Shown: positions 18,566 to 27,393, numbered from the stretch's first letter. The stretch is 33,681 bases of DNA from a virus (IMGVR_UViG_3300028405_000011:1-33681); one strand, 5' to 3'. Notes: a model not told the origin generated them from the sequence alone. Program-made: numbers and translations.

Positions 18566-19018
18566 TTACTTTATCTTTATCATAGCATAGTCGATCGGCA
18601 ACTCGCTCATCAATTTGTACGATCCATCAGGGGCGATTGCCAGGCATCGGCCGTCTATTTTATCAGTAGTATCGAAGCCTCCGAAGCCGATATAAAACGC
18701 CGTATCGAGTGTCGCACGATCACGCTCCATACGGTACAAGAGGTGAGCTGATCGGATCTTCATCTCAGTCATAAAGCATTTACCATCTGGTGCATCAATG
18801 TAGGCATCGCCATCACGATCGAATGATACCGTGTAGTCTTGATCGCCGTTGCTGAGCTTGAACCACAGTAAATAATGCTTTTTTGGATATTCAGCGGTGC
18901 CGTACAGATAATCTACGAGAGATTGAAAAGCCGACGGCTCAGTGGCCGCCGACTGTTCGATCGTGTGTCCGTCTCTAAAGAGTGCGATCCACCCGAATGG
19001 TTTTTGATCACCACCCAC
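18566..19018 (-). CDS. Hypothetical protein (WxAxF.DG..IxQ family)
   Basis: Fills the gap between the holin and the next gene; start uncertain. Confidence 0.65.
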   Translation of the reverse strand: MGGDQKPFGWIALFRDGHTIEQSAATEPSAFQSLVDYLYGTAEYPKKHYLLWFKLSNGDQDYTVSFDRDGDAYIDAPDGKCFMTEMKIRSAHLLYRMERDRATLDTAFYIGFGGFDTTDKIDGRCLAIAPDGSYKLMSELPIDYAMIKIK

Positions 19019-19028
19019 CAGCAGTGCC

Positions 19029-19226
19029 TTATCGTTCGTTGCTCGTGAATGTTTGTTTTAGAGTCACCAGGATCACGTTAATGATCGGTGCGAAGGCTCC
19101 GAAGAGTTCTGGCTGATCGGTAACGACACTGATGAGGAAGCCGAGTACGGCCGAGATCGCAACGTATGCTGCAGTCTTTAGTATCTTTAGTGCTTGTTCT
19201 TTATTGATATTCATAACTTGCTCCAT
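19029..19226 (-). CDS. Putative holin
   Basis: 65 aa with two hydrophobic helices, directly after the endolysin. Confidence 0.65.
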   Translation of the reverse strand: MEQVMNINKEQALKILKTAAYVAISAVLGFLISVVTDQPELFGAFAPIINVILVTLKQTFTSNER

Positions 19227-20573
19227 TTATTTATTAAAGTTTTTGAACATATTGGTGAGGAATGTAACGATTGTATTGACGATCTTCTCGAGTGCGGTAA
19301 GCAGCTTCTCGATGTCGTCGTCTGGGCTTGAGATCTCTGTGTCGCTGAGGTATATAGTCTCGATGATCTCAGATGGCGTTTCGCCACTGAACTGCACGAT
19401 CATATACTGCTTGCCGAGGATCTCAGTCGAGTGAGTGATCCGTACCTTGCTATTGATCGGAAGAATGCGTGCGGTGCCGCCGTCGGTGATCTTGAGTACT
19501 GGTGTCTCTGATCGAGTCCAGAAGTCCATATCAGTGATGTCATTGATGTTCTTGAGCCACTCAGGTTTTTCTTTTGGTGGTTCAACGACTGGTACGCCGA
19601 GCTGATCTGCAGCGATGCCCCACGGTAGGCCGTTAGTCATTGCGTAGCTCGAGAGGTAGTATGTCTTTCCAGCGATCGTAGTCTGCTTCACGATGTCGAT
19701 CTGAGTACCTTTAGGGATGATCGTATCGTTCACTTTCACGAATGTAGTGAGGTTCAGGACTCGAGTACCAGCTGCAGGCAATACCGATAGCTTAGCACCC
19801 TTGTAGTCTTTGATGTTGCGGATCCACTCAGGCTGCGGTGCAGGTGCCACTTCTACTTCTTTCAGGTTGGCGGCCAGGATGCCCCAGTTCAGGTTCTTGC
19901 CTGTTGCGTACTTGCTGCGTACATACAAGTTGGCTCCGATCGTCTTCTTTGTAGTGAAGTCGATTGGCGTACCAGCTTTGATCACGCTGCCCTCGTTCTT
20001 GTTGCTGTCGAGATTGCGTACGTATAGATCTTTTGCGGCCACCATTTTGCGTGGTCGATCCATCTTCACCCATACTGGCTTAGGTGCCTCAGTCTGGTTG
20101 TGCAGGCTATCAGCGATGCGGCGGATGCGTGCCTTGTCGATCGGTGAGCAGGCTGTATTAGAAAACTCTTTGTGAACACGGATGTCGAGCGTACGCTTGT
20201 ATGCTGCCTCCATCGTGTAGTGGAACTCACCCATAGTCTGATAATCGCCATCACTCAGGCGTGGGTTGCACTCGTAGCCGACGTATCGTGCATTGCCTCG
20301 AGCACTTCCAGCGTGCCAGGCGGCATCGATAGCGTTCACAATCCAGGCAAGTCTCATTGCTTCACCGACTACGTGAGCCGATGTATTGCCGTTTGATCGG
20401 CATAAGAAGTTGATAATGTTGAAGAATAGCGGACGTAGTGCTGGATCTCCCCACCAGTGGTAGATGATACCCTCGATGTAGCGATCCATACCGTAGATCT
20501 GTCGCACGAGTGCAGCAGGTGTATAGTTTGGTGAATTATATTGAGTGAGCTCTTGGTAACTAACCTTGGCCAT
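19227..20573 (-). CDS. Endolysin: N-acetylmuramoyl-L-alanine amidase (Amidase_2-like) plus three cell-wall-binding-like repeats
   Basis: IIYHWWG, SAH, AWHAG, GYEC and HKEFSNTAC motifs; three ~85-95 aa repeats starting P.W. Confidence 0.88.
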   Translation of the reverse strand: MAKVSYQELTQYNSPNYTPAALVRQIYGMDRYIEGIIYHWWGDPALRPLFFNIINFLCRSNGNTSAHVVGEAMRLAWIVNAIDAAWHAGSARGNARYVGYECNPRLSDGDYQTMGEFHYTMEAAYKRTLDIRVHKEFSNTACSPIDKARIRRIADSLHNQTEAPKPVWVKMDRPRKMVAAKDLYVRNLDSNKNEGSVIKAGTPIDFTTKKTIGANLYVRSKYATGKNLNWGILAANLKEVEVAPAPQPEWIRNIKDYKGAKLSVLPAAGTRVLNLTTFVKVNDTIIPKGTQIDIVKQTTIAGKTYYLSSYAMTNGLPWGIAADQLGVPVVEPPKEKPEWLKNINDITDMDFWTRSETPVLKITDGGTARILPINSKVRITHSTEILGKQYMIVQFSGETPSEIIETIYLSDTEISSPDDDIEKLLTALEKIVNTIVTFLTNMFKNFNK

Positions 20574-20713
20574 TACGATCTCCTGCTCTTTAGCTTACGA
20601 TATAATGCACGAACGCCGAGTGCGGCCATCGTACCGAAAAATGCACCGAATGCAGCTGCAGAAGCATACCAGAGTACCCAGACTTGTAGTAGCGTATAGC
20701 TTAACTCACTCAT
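20573..20713 (-). CDS. 46-aa single-TM protein missing from the ORF track
   Basis: Translates as MSELSYTLLQVWVLWYASAAAFGAFFGTMAALGVRALYRKLKSRRS; overlaps the upstream stop and is TAATG-coupled to the endolysin. Confidence 0.75.
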   Translation of the reverse strand: MSELSYTLLQVWVLWYASAAAFGAFFGTMAALGVRALYRKLKSRRS

Positions 20714-21152
20714 TGATAATTTCTTTCTTTATGACTTGCTGTGTGCTACCTACAGTATCTACTTTTTGCTGTAGGCTGTCAATCTGCTTCTGGTAATTAA
20801 GATATACACCAAAAATTACTACGGTGATCACACCTGTACCTATGATCTTGACGATGGCGTTGTCCAGGAATGCGGCCACTTTGCTAGTGACTGTGTGCTC
20901 ACGAATGTCCATTGCATCCTGTATGTGATCGATCTTGTCTTCAGCGGCCACGAGTCGATCTTCGTGTGATACGTGAATAAGATCGGTTGCTTTAGTTCGA
21001 GCCTCGTACACCGAATACGGCACTACACTCTGCTCTTTAATAGCTTGCTTTACCTCATTGAATTGCTGCGTGACGTTTGTTTCAAAAGTATTGAAGCGAC
21101 CCTGCAGTTCGCCCAGTTGTTTGTACATTTCTGGATCCATTATAGTATTCAT
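20706..21152 (-). CDS. Coiled-coil membrane protein of the lysis cassette
   Basis: Coiled-coil N-terminus; TM segment IIGTGVITVVIFGVYL. Confidence 0.7.
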   Translation of the reverse strand: MNTIMDPEMYKQLGELQGRFNTFETNVTQQFNEVKQAIKEQSVVPYSVYEARTKATDLIHVSHEDRLVAAEDKIDHIQDAMDIREHTVTSKVAAFLDNAIVKIIGTGVITVVIFGVYLNYQKQIDSLQQKVDTVGSTQQVIKKEIINE

Positions 21153-21198
21153 ATTTTCTAACCCACCAAAGAGTGAAGCGTGCTACCTTTCTCTCTAT

Positions 21199-21212
21199 AT
21201 GGTAACACGCTT
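21199..21212 (-). promoter_or_regulatory. Putative late promoter AAGCGTGTTACCAT
   Basis: 13/14 identical to 23244..23257; contains TGt-TACCAT. Confidence 0.5.
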
Positions 21213-21234
21213 CATCTGTATTGCTTGTGGCTAT

Positions 21235-21894
21235 TTACTGATTTTGTTGATCAAAACCAGGTGTTTGAGTCTGATCACCGAGTGGTGGGATCACTGGCGG
21301 CGTTGTCACCGTTTCAGTGTCATTGCTGAAGCCGAGGTTTTCATCTTCAGTTGGCTTTGGCGGCACAACTGTAGACTCAGCTACTGCAGCACGGTTGTTG
21401 CTGCTGTTCACTACTGGTGCAGGTGTCTCACCCTCGAAGCCGAGTGCTTTGGTTCCTGCTGCTCCACCGACACTATCTGGATCGAATGTACCGAGGTACG
21501 CTTTACCCAGGAACGCATCCATCTCTTGTGGTGAGGTGAGTACGAAGCTGATTTTTTCGATGTCGATCTGAGCGTATGCTTTCCACATACGTTCAAGTGC
21601 GATGTACGCTTCCCATCCAGGGATCGTACGGCTTGCACCTGCTTCGAGCGTGTGAGCCTTTGGTGCTCCGAACTCTACACGACGAGTCGCTGAGTCTGGT
21701 TGAGTGATCACTGTTTCTTTTGGATCAGTGTACACCCAGCCGAATGCTTCAGGTAGGATGTTCTTGATTGTAACGAGATCAGTGGCCGTGAATGTCTTTG
21801 CCAGACGTTCGAGCATATTCTCTGTGCTATTTTGTACGCCTCGAGCACCTTGTAAAAGGTTGGACTCGAGATCTGCAGTGCGATCTTGTGCCAT
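21235..21894 (-). CDS. Hypothetical head-module protein (start probably ATG 21894)
   Basis: TAATG coupling to the upstream stop; acidic Pro/Thr-rich tail. Confidence 0.7.
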   Translation of the reverse strand: MAQDRTADLESNLLQGARGVQNSTENMLERLAKTFTATDLVTIKNILPEAFGWVYTDPKETVITQPDSATRRVEFGAPKAHTLEAGASRTIPGWEAYIALERMWKAYAQIDIEKISFVLTSPQEMDAFLGKAYLGTFDPDSVGGAAGTKALGFEGETPAPVVNSSNNRAAVAESTVVPPKPTEDENLGFSNDTETVTTPPVIPPLGDQTQTPGFDQQNQ

Positions 21895-22136
21895 TATTTT
21901 GTCCTGTTCTGCGGATATGTCACCGCTTTTACTGCCCACATCTGAGCTGTTTGTGCTTCTGTTATTGCTACTGAAGATAAGCGTGCTCGCTCATCACGGT
22001 TGTCACCACGATCTTCGTTAAGAATATCAATGACTGCAGCAAAATGCTTCTTGATCTCTGCTACCTTTTCATCACCGCTAGGGTTGAATGATAGGCCGAC
22101 GAGTTCTTCGTTGTATGTTGGTGATAGATCATCCAT
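21894..22136 (-). CDS. Acb2/Tad1-like helical-hairpin protein (candidate immune-signal sponge)
   Basis: VGLSFNPSG..VAEIK..A.VID...R..SVAITEAQTAQMWAVKAVT pattern; ATG 1 nt after the scaffold stop. Confidence 0.6.
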   Translation of the reverse strand: MDDLSPTYNEELVGLSFNPSGDEKVAEIKKHFAAVIDILNEDRGDNRDERARLSSVAITEAQTAQMWAVKAVTYPQNRTK

Positions 22137-22137
22137 A

Positions 22138-23205
22138 TTAGTCAAGATCCTGGCTGTAAAAGTCTGCTATATCTGATGCACTGGTTCCTGGTGGGAACTT
22201 AGGCCGATCACCTTTTTTGGCACCAGCTGGCGTACCACGGCCGCCGCCTGAGACATTCTTTGATGCTTTCTTACGTTCAGCATCGCCCTTTGGTGCAGGC
22301 TTTGCAACGTACAACTCTGGGTGATCTGCTTTGAACATCTTACCTGCAGATATGATCGATACGTTTTCACCTGTCTTCAGGATCTCCGTACGGTATGCAA
22401 GGATCTCGTTCGCACGTAACACGCCTGGATCTTTGTCGAACTCTGGCGTACCAGGCTTCGCAACGATCTTAGGAATGACACCAGTCTCTTGCAGCTTTTC
22501 AACGCCGCTGATGATGGACTCATTCTCACGTTGCTGAGCTTGCTGCTGCTGAGTTTGCTGCGAGGTAGTTTGGATCTTACCGTACATCTGATCAGCACGT
22601 TTGTTTTGCTCGAGGAATGCATCGTCGGCGATCTTTTCATCACGCTTACTTGCGAACTCGAAGTTTTCAGGGATCTGCTCAGGAGTCTTGACAGTGATCT
22701 CACTAACATTGCCCTCAGCATCTTTACCCTTGAGTGTGATGTACGGAAGCTCTTGATAGATGTACTTCTGGACTGGCTTCATACCATCCCATACACGATC
22801 AGGCAGCTCGTCCGGACGTTTGAACTCAGGTGCTTTTGGCTGCTCCTGTTTCTCTTCGTCTTTTTTGGCTACCTTGAGGTCACGCTTTTCAAGTTCGGCG
22901 ATCAGTTCATCGTCAGTGAGCGGCTTCGGTGCTTCATCGCCTTTCGGTTTTGCTGCATCAGGGTTCGGTTCTTCGTCCTCACCTGGGTTTTCTTCCTCAT
23001 CGCCCTCTGGCTGATCTTCTTCGTCTTCGCCGTCTTCTCCACCGTCGTCGCCTCCGTTAGGTTGATCTTCGTCTTCGTCACCTGCTGGCGGCTGATCGTC
23101 GTCTTCAGGTGGCTTGCCTGCATCATCGGGGTTGGGTTGTTGCCCAGCCTCTTCCGCTGCAATGGCTGCATCCAGTTTGTTTTCTGCATCTGTGATTAGA
23201 TCCAT
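22138..23205 (-). CDS. Capsid scaffolding protein
   Basis: Very acidic disordered N-terminus, helical core, basic C-terminal patch; follows portal; AGGAG SD. Confidence 0.7.
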   Translation of the reverse strand: MDLITDAENKLDAAIAAEEAGQQPNPDDAGKPPEDDDQPPAGDEDEDQPNGGDDGGEDGEDEEDQPEGDEEENPGEDEEPNPDAAKPKGDEAPKPLTDDELIAELEKRDLKVAKKDEEKQEQPKAPEFKRPDELPDRVWDGMKPVQKYIYQELPYITLKGKDAEGNVSEITVKTPEQIPENFEFASKRDEKIADDAFLEQNKRADQMYGKIQTTSQQTQQQQAQQRENESIISGVEKLQETGVIPKIVAKPGTPEFDKDPGVLRANEILAYRTEILKTGENVSIISAGKMFKADHPELYVAKPAPKGDAERKKASKNVSGGGRGTPAGAKKGDRPKFPPGTSASDIADFYSQDLD

Positions 23206-23243
23206 TTGTGGCTCCTATGCCTATTAAATGTTGATGTACTTAG

Positions 23244-23257
23244 ATTGTAACACGCTT
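23244..23257 (-). promoter_or_regulatory. Putative late promoter AAGCGTGTTACAAT
   Basis: TGt-TACAAT extended -10 upstream of the scaffold gene. Confidence 0.55.
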
Positions 23258-23372
23258 ATGAACAAAAATTAAGCCAGTCGGTGTAGCATCATATGGTGCT
23301 TCCTACATAGCCATAGAACATCAAGAGGCTTCGAGTAGTCATAGTGATGTGCCTCTTACCTGGGTTCATAGC

Positions 23373-25493
23373 CTACATCCCTGGCAGTAAGCCGCCGAGA
23401 ACCCCTGTTGGATCCATCTGGCCGCCGCCTGCGTCCATCACTGGTGCACCGCCTTGTGGTGGCATCGGTGGTTGGCCGCCGCCTCCTGGCATTGGTGGCA
23501 TCCCACCTGGCATCGGTGGTGGTGGCGGTGGAAGTTGTGGTGCTTCAGGTGTGATAGGTGTCTTCGGATCGATCAATAGGCCTGCTTGATCAGCGGCTTC
23601 GAGCTTCGAACGCTGCGATAGCATTTGCACTTCAGCTTCGATGTGCTTGATAAACGCTTGCTGCAGTTCAGGCTTAGCGTATAGGAAGCGATCAGTCATA
23701 AGCTGTTCACGGTGTGCGAGGATGTGAGCAGGCTGGATGTCCTGGCGTGGCTCTGCTTCTTTACCGTTGAGGATCACTGCGAAGTCAATGTATGCATCAC
23801 GATCTTGCACTTCACTCTTAACGTCTGATACCAGTTGATCAGGTGCCATCTTAAACTTGACGAGTGACTCGTATCGTTTGTCAGCATCTTTGAGGCCGAG
23901 GTCTTTGAATAGGTTGTATGGATCGATGAGCCCCATCTTGGCCAGTGTCATACTGATATTCTCAGTACGTTCTTTGTCTGGTCGTAGGATCGAGCCGTGT
24001 GATACGGTGATCGCTGCGATGTTTGGCATACTCTCACGTGATAGCTGGACATACATAAACGTACCGTCGTTGTTTCGAGCAGCAAACGGCTTCTTGTCTG
24101 TGTAGTGGACTTTCATCATCTGCACGAGTAGGCGGAAGTAACGATCGAGGCCGCTTTCCATCTCACGTACGATCTCATCTTGTCGGCCACCAGCCTGGCT
24201 GTTCATCATCTTCGCTTCACCGAGTGTACCAACTTCACGGTGCGAGTCGTCACCACGGAACTGTGACGGTGTACCGAGGATATTGTGGATGCCGTTCTTG
24301 ACATCTTGCTTGTCCTGCAGCACGTATGATGGCAATAGGTGTGGTGGGATCTCACCGAATGCTTCTTGCACTGGTCGTTCAGGTGGCGTGTCGAGCATCA
24401 GTACCTGGTTCGGATCACGTGTCACGTTCGCTGCATCTTCTACTGGAATAGATCCACTCTTGAGTACGAGTAGTGAGTTGGCAGTGTCAGCGTTCTCTAC
24501 GATCTGGCGGCCACGCTTGTTGAGAATATCCTGCAGCGGTACCGCCTGCTCGATCGGTGTTGTCTGGTCAATCAGCTTGCTACCGTCGTTGAGGTAGTTG
24601 AAGAATACGTATGGCTTCGTAGGTGCATCGAGGAAGTTCATAATGCTGAGCCCCTCGTTGTCGTACAAGTAGTTCGGGTTCTTGCTCTTCTCGAGGATCT
24701 CACCGTTCAGGTACCAGGCAACACACTCTTCTTCGCCATCATCAGCAGTCTCATCAGTGAACCATACCTCGTTGTAGGCAACGATCTGGCCGAGCATCTT
24801 CGGTGTCTTACGGCTGCGGCCGAGTGCTTTCATAATCTTTGCTTCAGCATCAGGGAACCGTTTGATCAGTCCAGCTACTGAGTCAGTACAGATCTCAGCA
24901 ATGAAGCGTGACTCTTCACCGAGTTGGCAGTCTTTATCGAGGATAAGGTTGTTTGGATCCACGGCAACAGGAATGATGTCACCGATCTTCGGATCGTATC
25001 GTAGCTTGATCACACCGACACGCTTCGTGTACATGTTCTTTGCAGCAGTCTTCAGCTTCTTGGCCAGGTTCCACTTCTCAGTGTGAATGTTTACGGCAGT
25101 CTCGAGATCTTCGGCCATCACCTGGCTTTGAGGCGTGTCGTCTTCAGGAGTGATCTCACACGATGGGTTCGAGCCAGTGACGTACGACATAATCGCCTGG
25201 GTACCGACATAGATCTGGTTGTCTACATATGGTACCTGGTAGGCGTATAGCTTGCTCTTGTCGATCTGCTTGCCGAGATAGTAGCGTTCGTTCTGGTTGC
25301 GTACACTCTCGAGATCATAGCCGCTCTTGTCGTTCCAGTAGGCTTTGCTTTCAGAGATCCAGCGGCCGAAGTTGGCTGCAAGTTCACGATCATCAGTGGC
25401 TACACTCAGGATAGGGCGATCATCGATTACGCCTGTTTGGTCAGTAATATCGTCCACGGTTGAGTCATTGTATAGCCTAGTATCGTCGTCCAT
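23373..25493 (-). CDS. Portal protein (P22-like) with Pro/Gly/Met-rich tail
   Basis: 706 aa after TerL; PLQDILNKRGRQI, ILGTPSQFRG and TLGEAKM patterns. Confidence 0.85.
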   Translation of the reverse strand: MDDDTRLYNDSTVDDITDQTGVIDDRPILSVATDDRELAANFGRWISESKAYWNDKSGYDLESVRNQNERYYLGKQIDKSKLYAYQVPYVDNQIYVGTQAIMSYVTGSNPSCEITPEDDTPQSQVMAEDLETAVNIHTEKWNLAKKLKTAAKNMYTKRVGVIKLRYDPKIGDIIPVAVDPNNLILDKDCQLGEESRFIAEICTDSVAGLIKRFPDAEAKIMKALGRSRKTPKMLGQIVAYNEVWFTDETADDGEEECVAWYLNGEILEKSKNPNYLYDNEGLSIMNFLDAPTKPYVFFNYLNDGSKLIDQTTPIEQAVPLQDILNKRGRQIVENADTANSLLVLKSGSIPVEDAANVTRDPNQVLMLDTPPERPVQEAFGEIPPHLLPSYVLQDKQDVKNGIHNILGTPSQFRGDDSHREVGTLGEAKMMNSQAGGRQDEIVREMESGLDRYFRLLVQMMKVHYTDKKPFAARNNDGTFMYVQLSRESMPNIAAITVSHGSILRPDKERTENISMTLAKMGLIDPYNLFKDLGLKDADKRYESLVKFKMAPDQLVSDVKSEVQDRDAYIDFAVILNGKEAEPRQDIQPAHILAHREQLMTDRFLYAKPELQQAFIKHIEAEVQMLSQRSKLEAADQAGLLIDPKTPITPEAPQLPPPPPPMPGGMPPMPGGGGQPPMPPQGGAPVMDAGGGQMDPTGVLGGLLPGM

Positions 25494-25515
25494 TGCGTGT
25501 GCCTTTCTTTATTTC

Positions 25516-25524
25516 AATATAGCA
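25516..25524 (-). promoter_or_regulatory. Extended -10 promoter (TGcTATATT) before the portal gene
   Basis: TGn-TATATT then GAAAGG SD in a 50-nt gap. Confidence 0.55.
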
Positions 25525-25543
25525 CACTACTTATGTTTGGCCT

Positions 25544-25765
25544 CTATTGAATTAAGAGAGAATATATACATTCACAACCACGACACTTCACCTCGACGGC
25601 TGGTACATCGGCGTTTATGATCACCTCCTGGCCTGCAGGTGCATCGAGTTGGATCGCTTTGATCTCACGGTTCACATTGCAGAACTTGCGGCCACACTTT
25701 ACGCAGCGTACATCGTGCCAGTCCTGGCTGTTTTCTTTGTCGAGTAGTATAACGATTGCGATCAT
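25544..25765 (-). CDS. Com-like zinc-ribbon protein
   Basis: DVRCVKCGRKF...EVKCRGC as in the Mu Com family; ATGA overlap with TerL. Confidence 0.7.
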   Translation of the reverse strand: MIAIVILLDKENSQDWHDVRCVKCGRKFCNVNREIKAIQLDAPAGQEVIINADVPAVEVKCRGCECIYSLLIQ

Positions 25766-27393
25766 TGTGTTTTCCAGTCTCCGCCGTGGCGTTTATTTGC
25801 GTTCATAATCAGTGAGGTAGTATCGATACCGAGATCCTTACGAGTGACGTTGGTGCCAGCTACGTACGACGGCTTCACTTTCTTGAGCATCTCACTCTTA
25901 CCGAATAGCTTACCACGTGTCTTGGATGCAGTCTGCAGCGTGTAGAACAATGCATCGAGTGCGTGATCTTCGTTGCCCTCATCTAGTCGCTCGCCGCCAG
26001 ACTCCTTGGCGTACACGATCGTCGGCAGCGTATCGATCAGGTAGGTACACGTACGGTGGATCTGCAGGCCAGCTTTGCCGTCGGCCTGGATCGCCATCAT
26101 ATCGTGCGTGGCATTCACTGCAGCTTTCTTGATGTCTTGAGTGAGCTTGTCGGCCTTGACGATACGTGGTCGCTTGATCTCTGGGGGCATAAGATCGAAT
26201 GCTTCTTTGATCCTGTCGGCCACTGGTTTGTTGCCGCCCAGGTGTGAGAATGCATCGTGCGGCAGTGCCAGCACATCGACTGGATCTATCTGTTGCATCT
26301 TGGCGATCTCATCCGCCCACCACTTCGGGTGCTTCTTGCTGTTGTGCATCTCACGGTATATGAATGATCGCTCGTCTTGCTCCGTGATCTGATCGAACGT
26401 AGCCCAGAGTACGACACACATATCGTTGTAGCCCCAGTCCATACCAGCGATACGGAACGACGTATCGAACCGCTCCTTGCTATAGCCCCACTCAGCGAAT
26501 GCGTTGAACACGTGCATATAGTCACGGAACTCTTCAAACACTGCACCAAACTGGATGTTCCAGTCACCCTCACGCCAGGCACGATATAGATCGGGGTTGC
26601 TTGTCTTCAGTGCTTCGAGCTGCATAACGTACTGAGGGTCGGCCTCCATCAGTATCGGGTTGCTATCGATCGTAGCTGGAATGTAAGCACGCCAGATGCC
26701 AGTGGCCTTGTCGATGATCGTTTGCCAGTGAGTGATCTTACGCTCGCCCTCTGCGGTGTACCAGACGTACTCGTGCTTGATCACATAGTTGAGCTTCAGG
26801 TCAGGTGTTACAAACCGCTTCTTCACCCAGGCCATACCGATACCACCAGGGTTGGCCGTGTTGAATATCTGAGGGAATAGATCCTTGTACTTCGATCGAG
26901 CCGAGCTGATCAGCTTCTCGTACATATCTTGCTTCGGGATCTGCGTGAGCTCCTCGATGTTAATACGGCAATACTCGTGCCCTTGGTACTTGGTGTAGGC
27001 ATCGTCATCTTTCAGGTGGCCGCCCAGGACACGCCCCAGGCCTTTACCTGATAAGATCATAGGGTTTCGGCGTAGCTTGCTTCCCAGGTGCTTGTACGCT
27101 TGCGAGGCACGGTCTTCAAAGTCTGAGAGATCCCCAGCATTGCGACGGATCACCAGCTGCTTCGCACGTGGATCAGGATAACGATCACCGATAATGGCGA
27201 TACTCAGGTCAGTCTTGCCTCCACCTCGAGCACCACCGTACAAGATCTCACGGTATCGTTTGTCTTTACTGATCACTGATGCAAGCTGTTGAGGGCCTGG
27301 CATCGGCACCCAGTAGCCCATCTCACGCATAGTAAGAGACTTGCTAACACGTAGCATCTGATCGAGATCGTCGCTAGTAGCAGCCTCTTCCAT
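25762..27393 (-). CDS. terL: Terminase large subunit
   Basis: Walker A GGARGGGKT, Walker B INIEE, TANPGG, nuclease motifs GMDWGY and EDHALDA. Confidence 0.95.
   Translation of the reverse strand: MEEAATSDDLDQMLRVSKSLTMREMGYWVPMPGPQQLASVISKDKRYREILYGGARGGGKTDLSIAIIGDRYPDPRAKQLVIRRNAGDLSDFEDRASQAYKHLGSKLRRNPMILSGKGLGRVLGGHLKDDDAYTKYQGHEYCRINIEELTQIPKQDMYEKLISSARSKYKDLFPQIFNTANPGGIGMAWVKKRFVTPDLKLNYVIKHEYVWYTAEGERKITHWQTIIDKATGIWRAYIPATIDSNPILMEADPQYVMQLEALKTSNPDLYRAWREGDWNIQFGAVFEEFRDYMHVFNAFAEWGYSKERFDTSFRIAGMDWGYNDMCVVLWATFDQITEQDERSFIYREMHNSKKHPKWWADEIAKMQQIDPVDVLALPHDAFSHLGGNKPVADRIKEAFDLMPPEIKRPRIVKADKLTQDIKKAAVNATHDMMAIQADGKAGLQIHRTCTYLIDTLPTIVYAKESGGERLDEGNEDHALDALFYTLQTASKTRGKLFGKSEMLKKVKPSYVAGTNVTRKDLGIDTTSLIMNANKRHGGDWKTQ

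Noticed and set aside
18566-19060. Frameshift from the holin into the 150-aa gene
   Set aside because: The overlap is in the +1 frame with no convincing slippery site; a near-cognate start after AAGG is simpler
20604-20616. ATGCACGAACGC next to TATAAT, resembling the operator box
   Set aside because: It has two mismatches to the box and lies inside the 46-aa TM gene; probably chance
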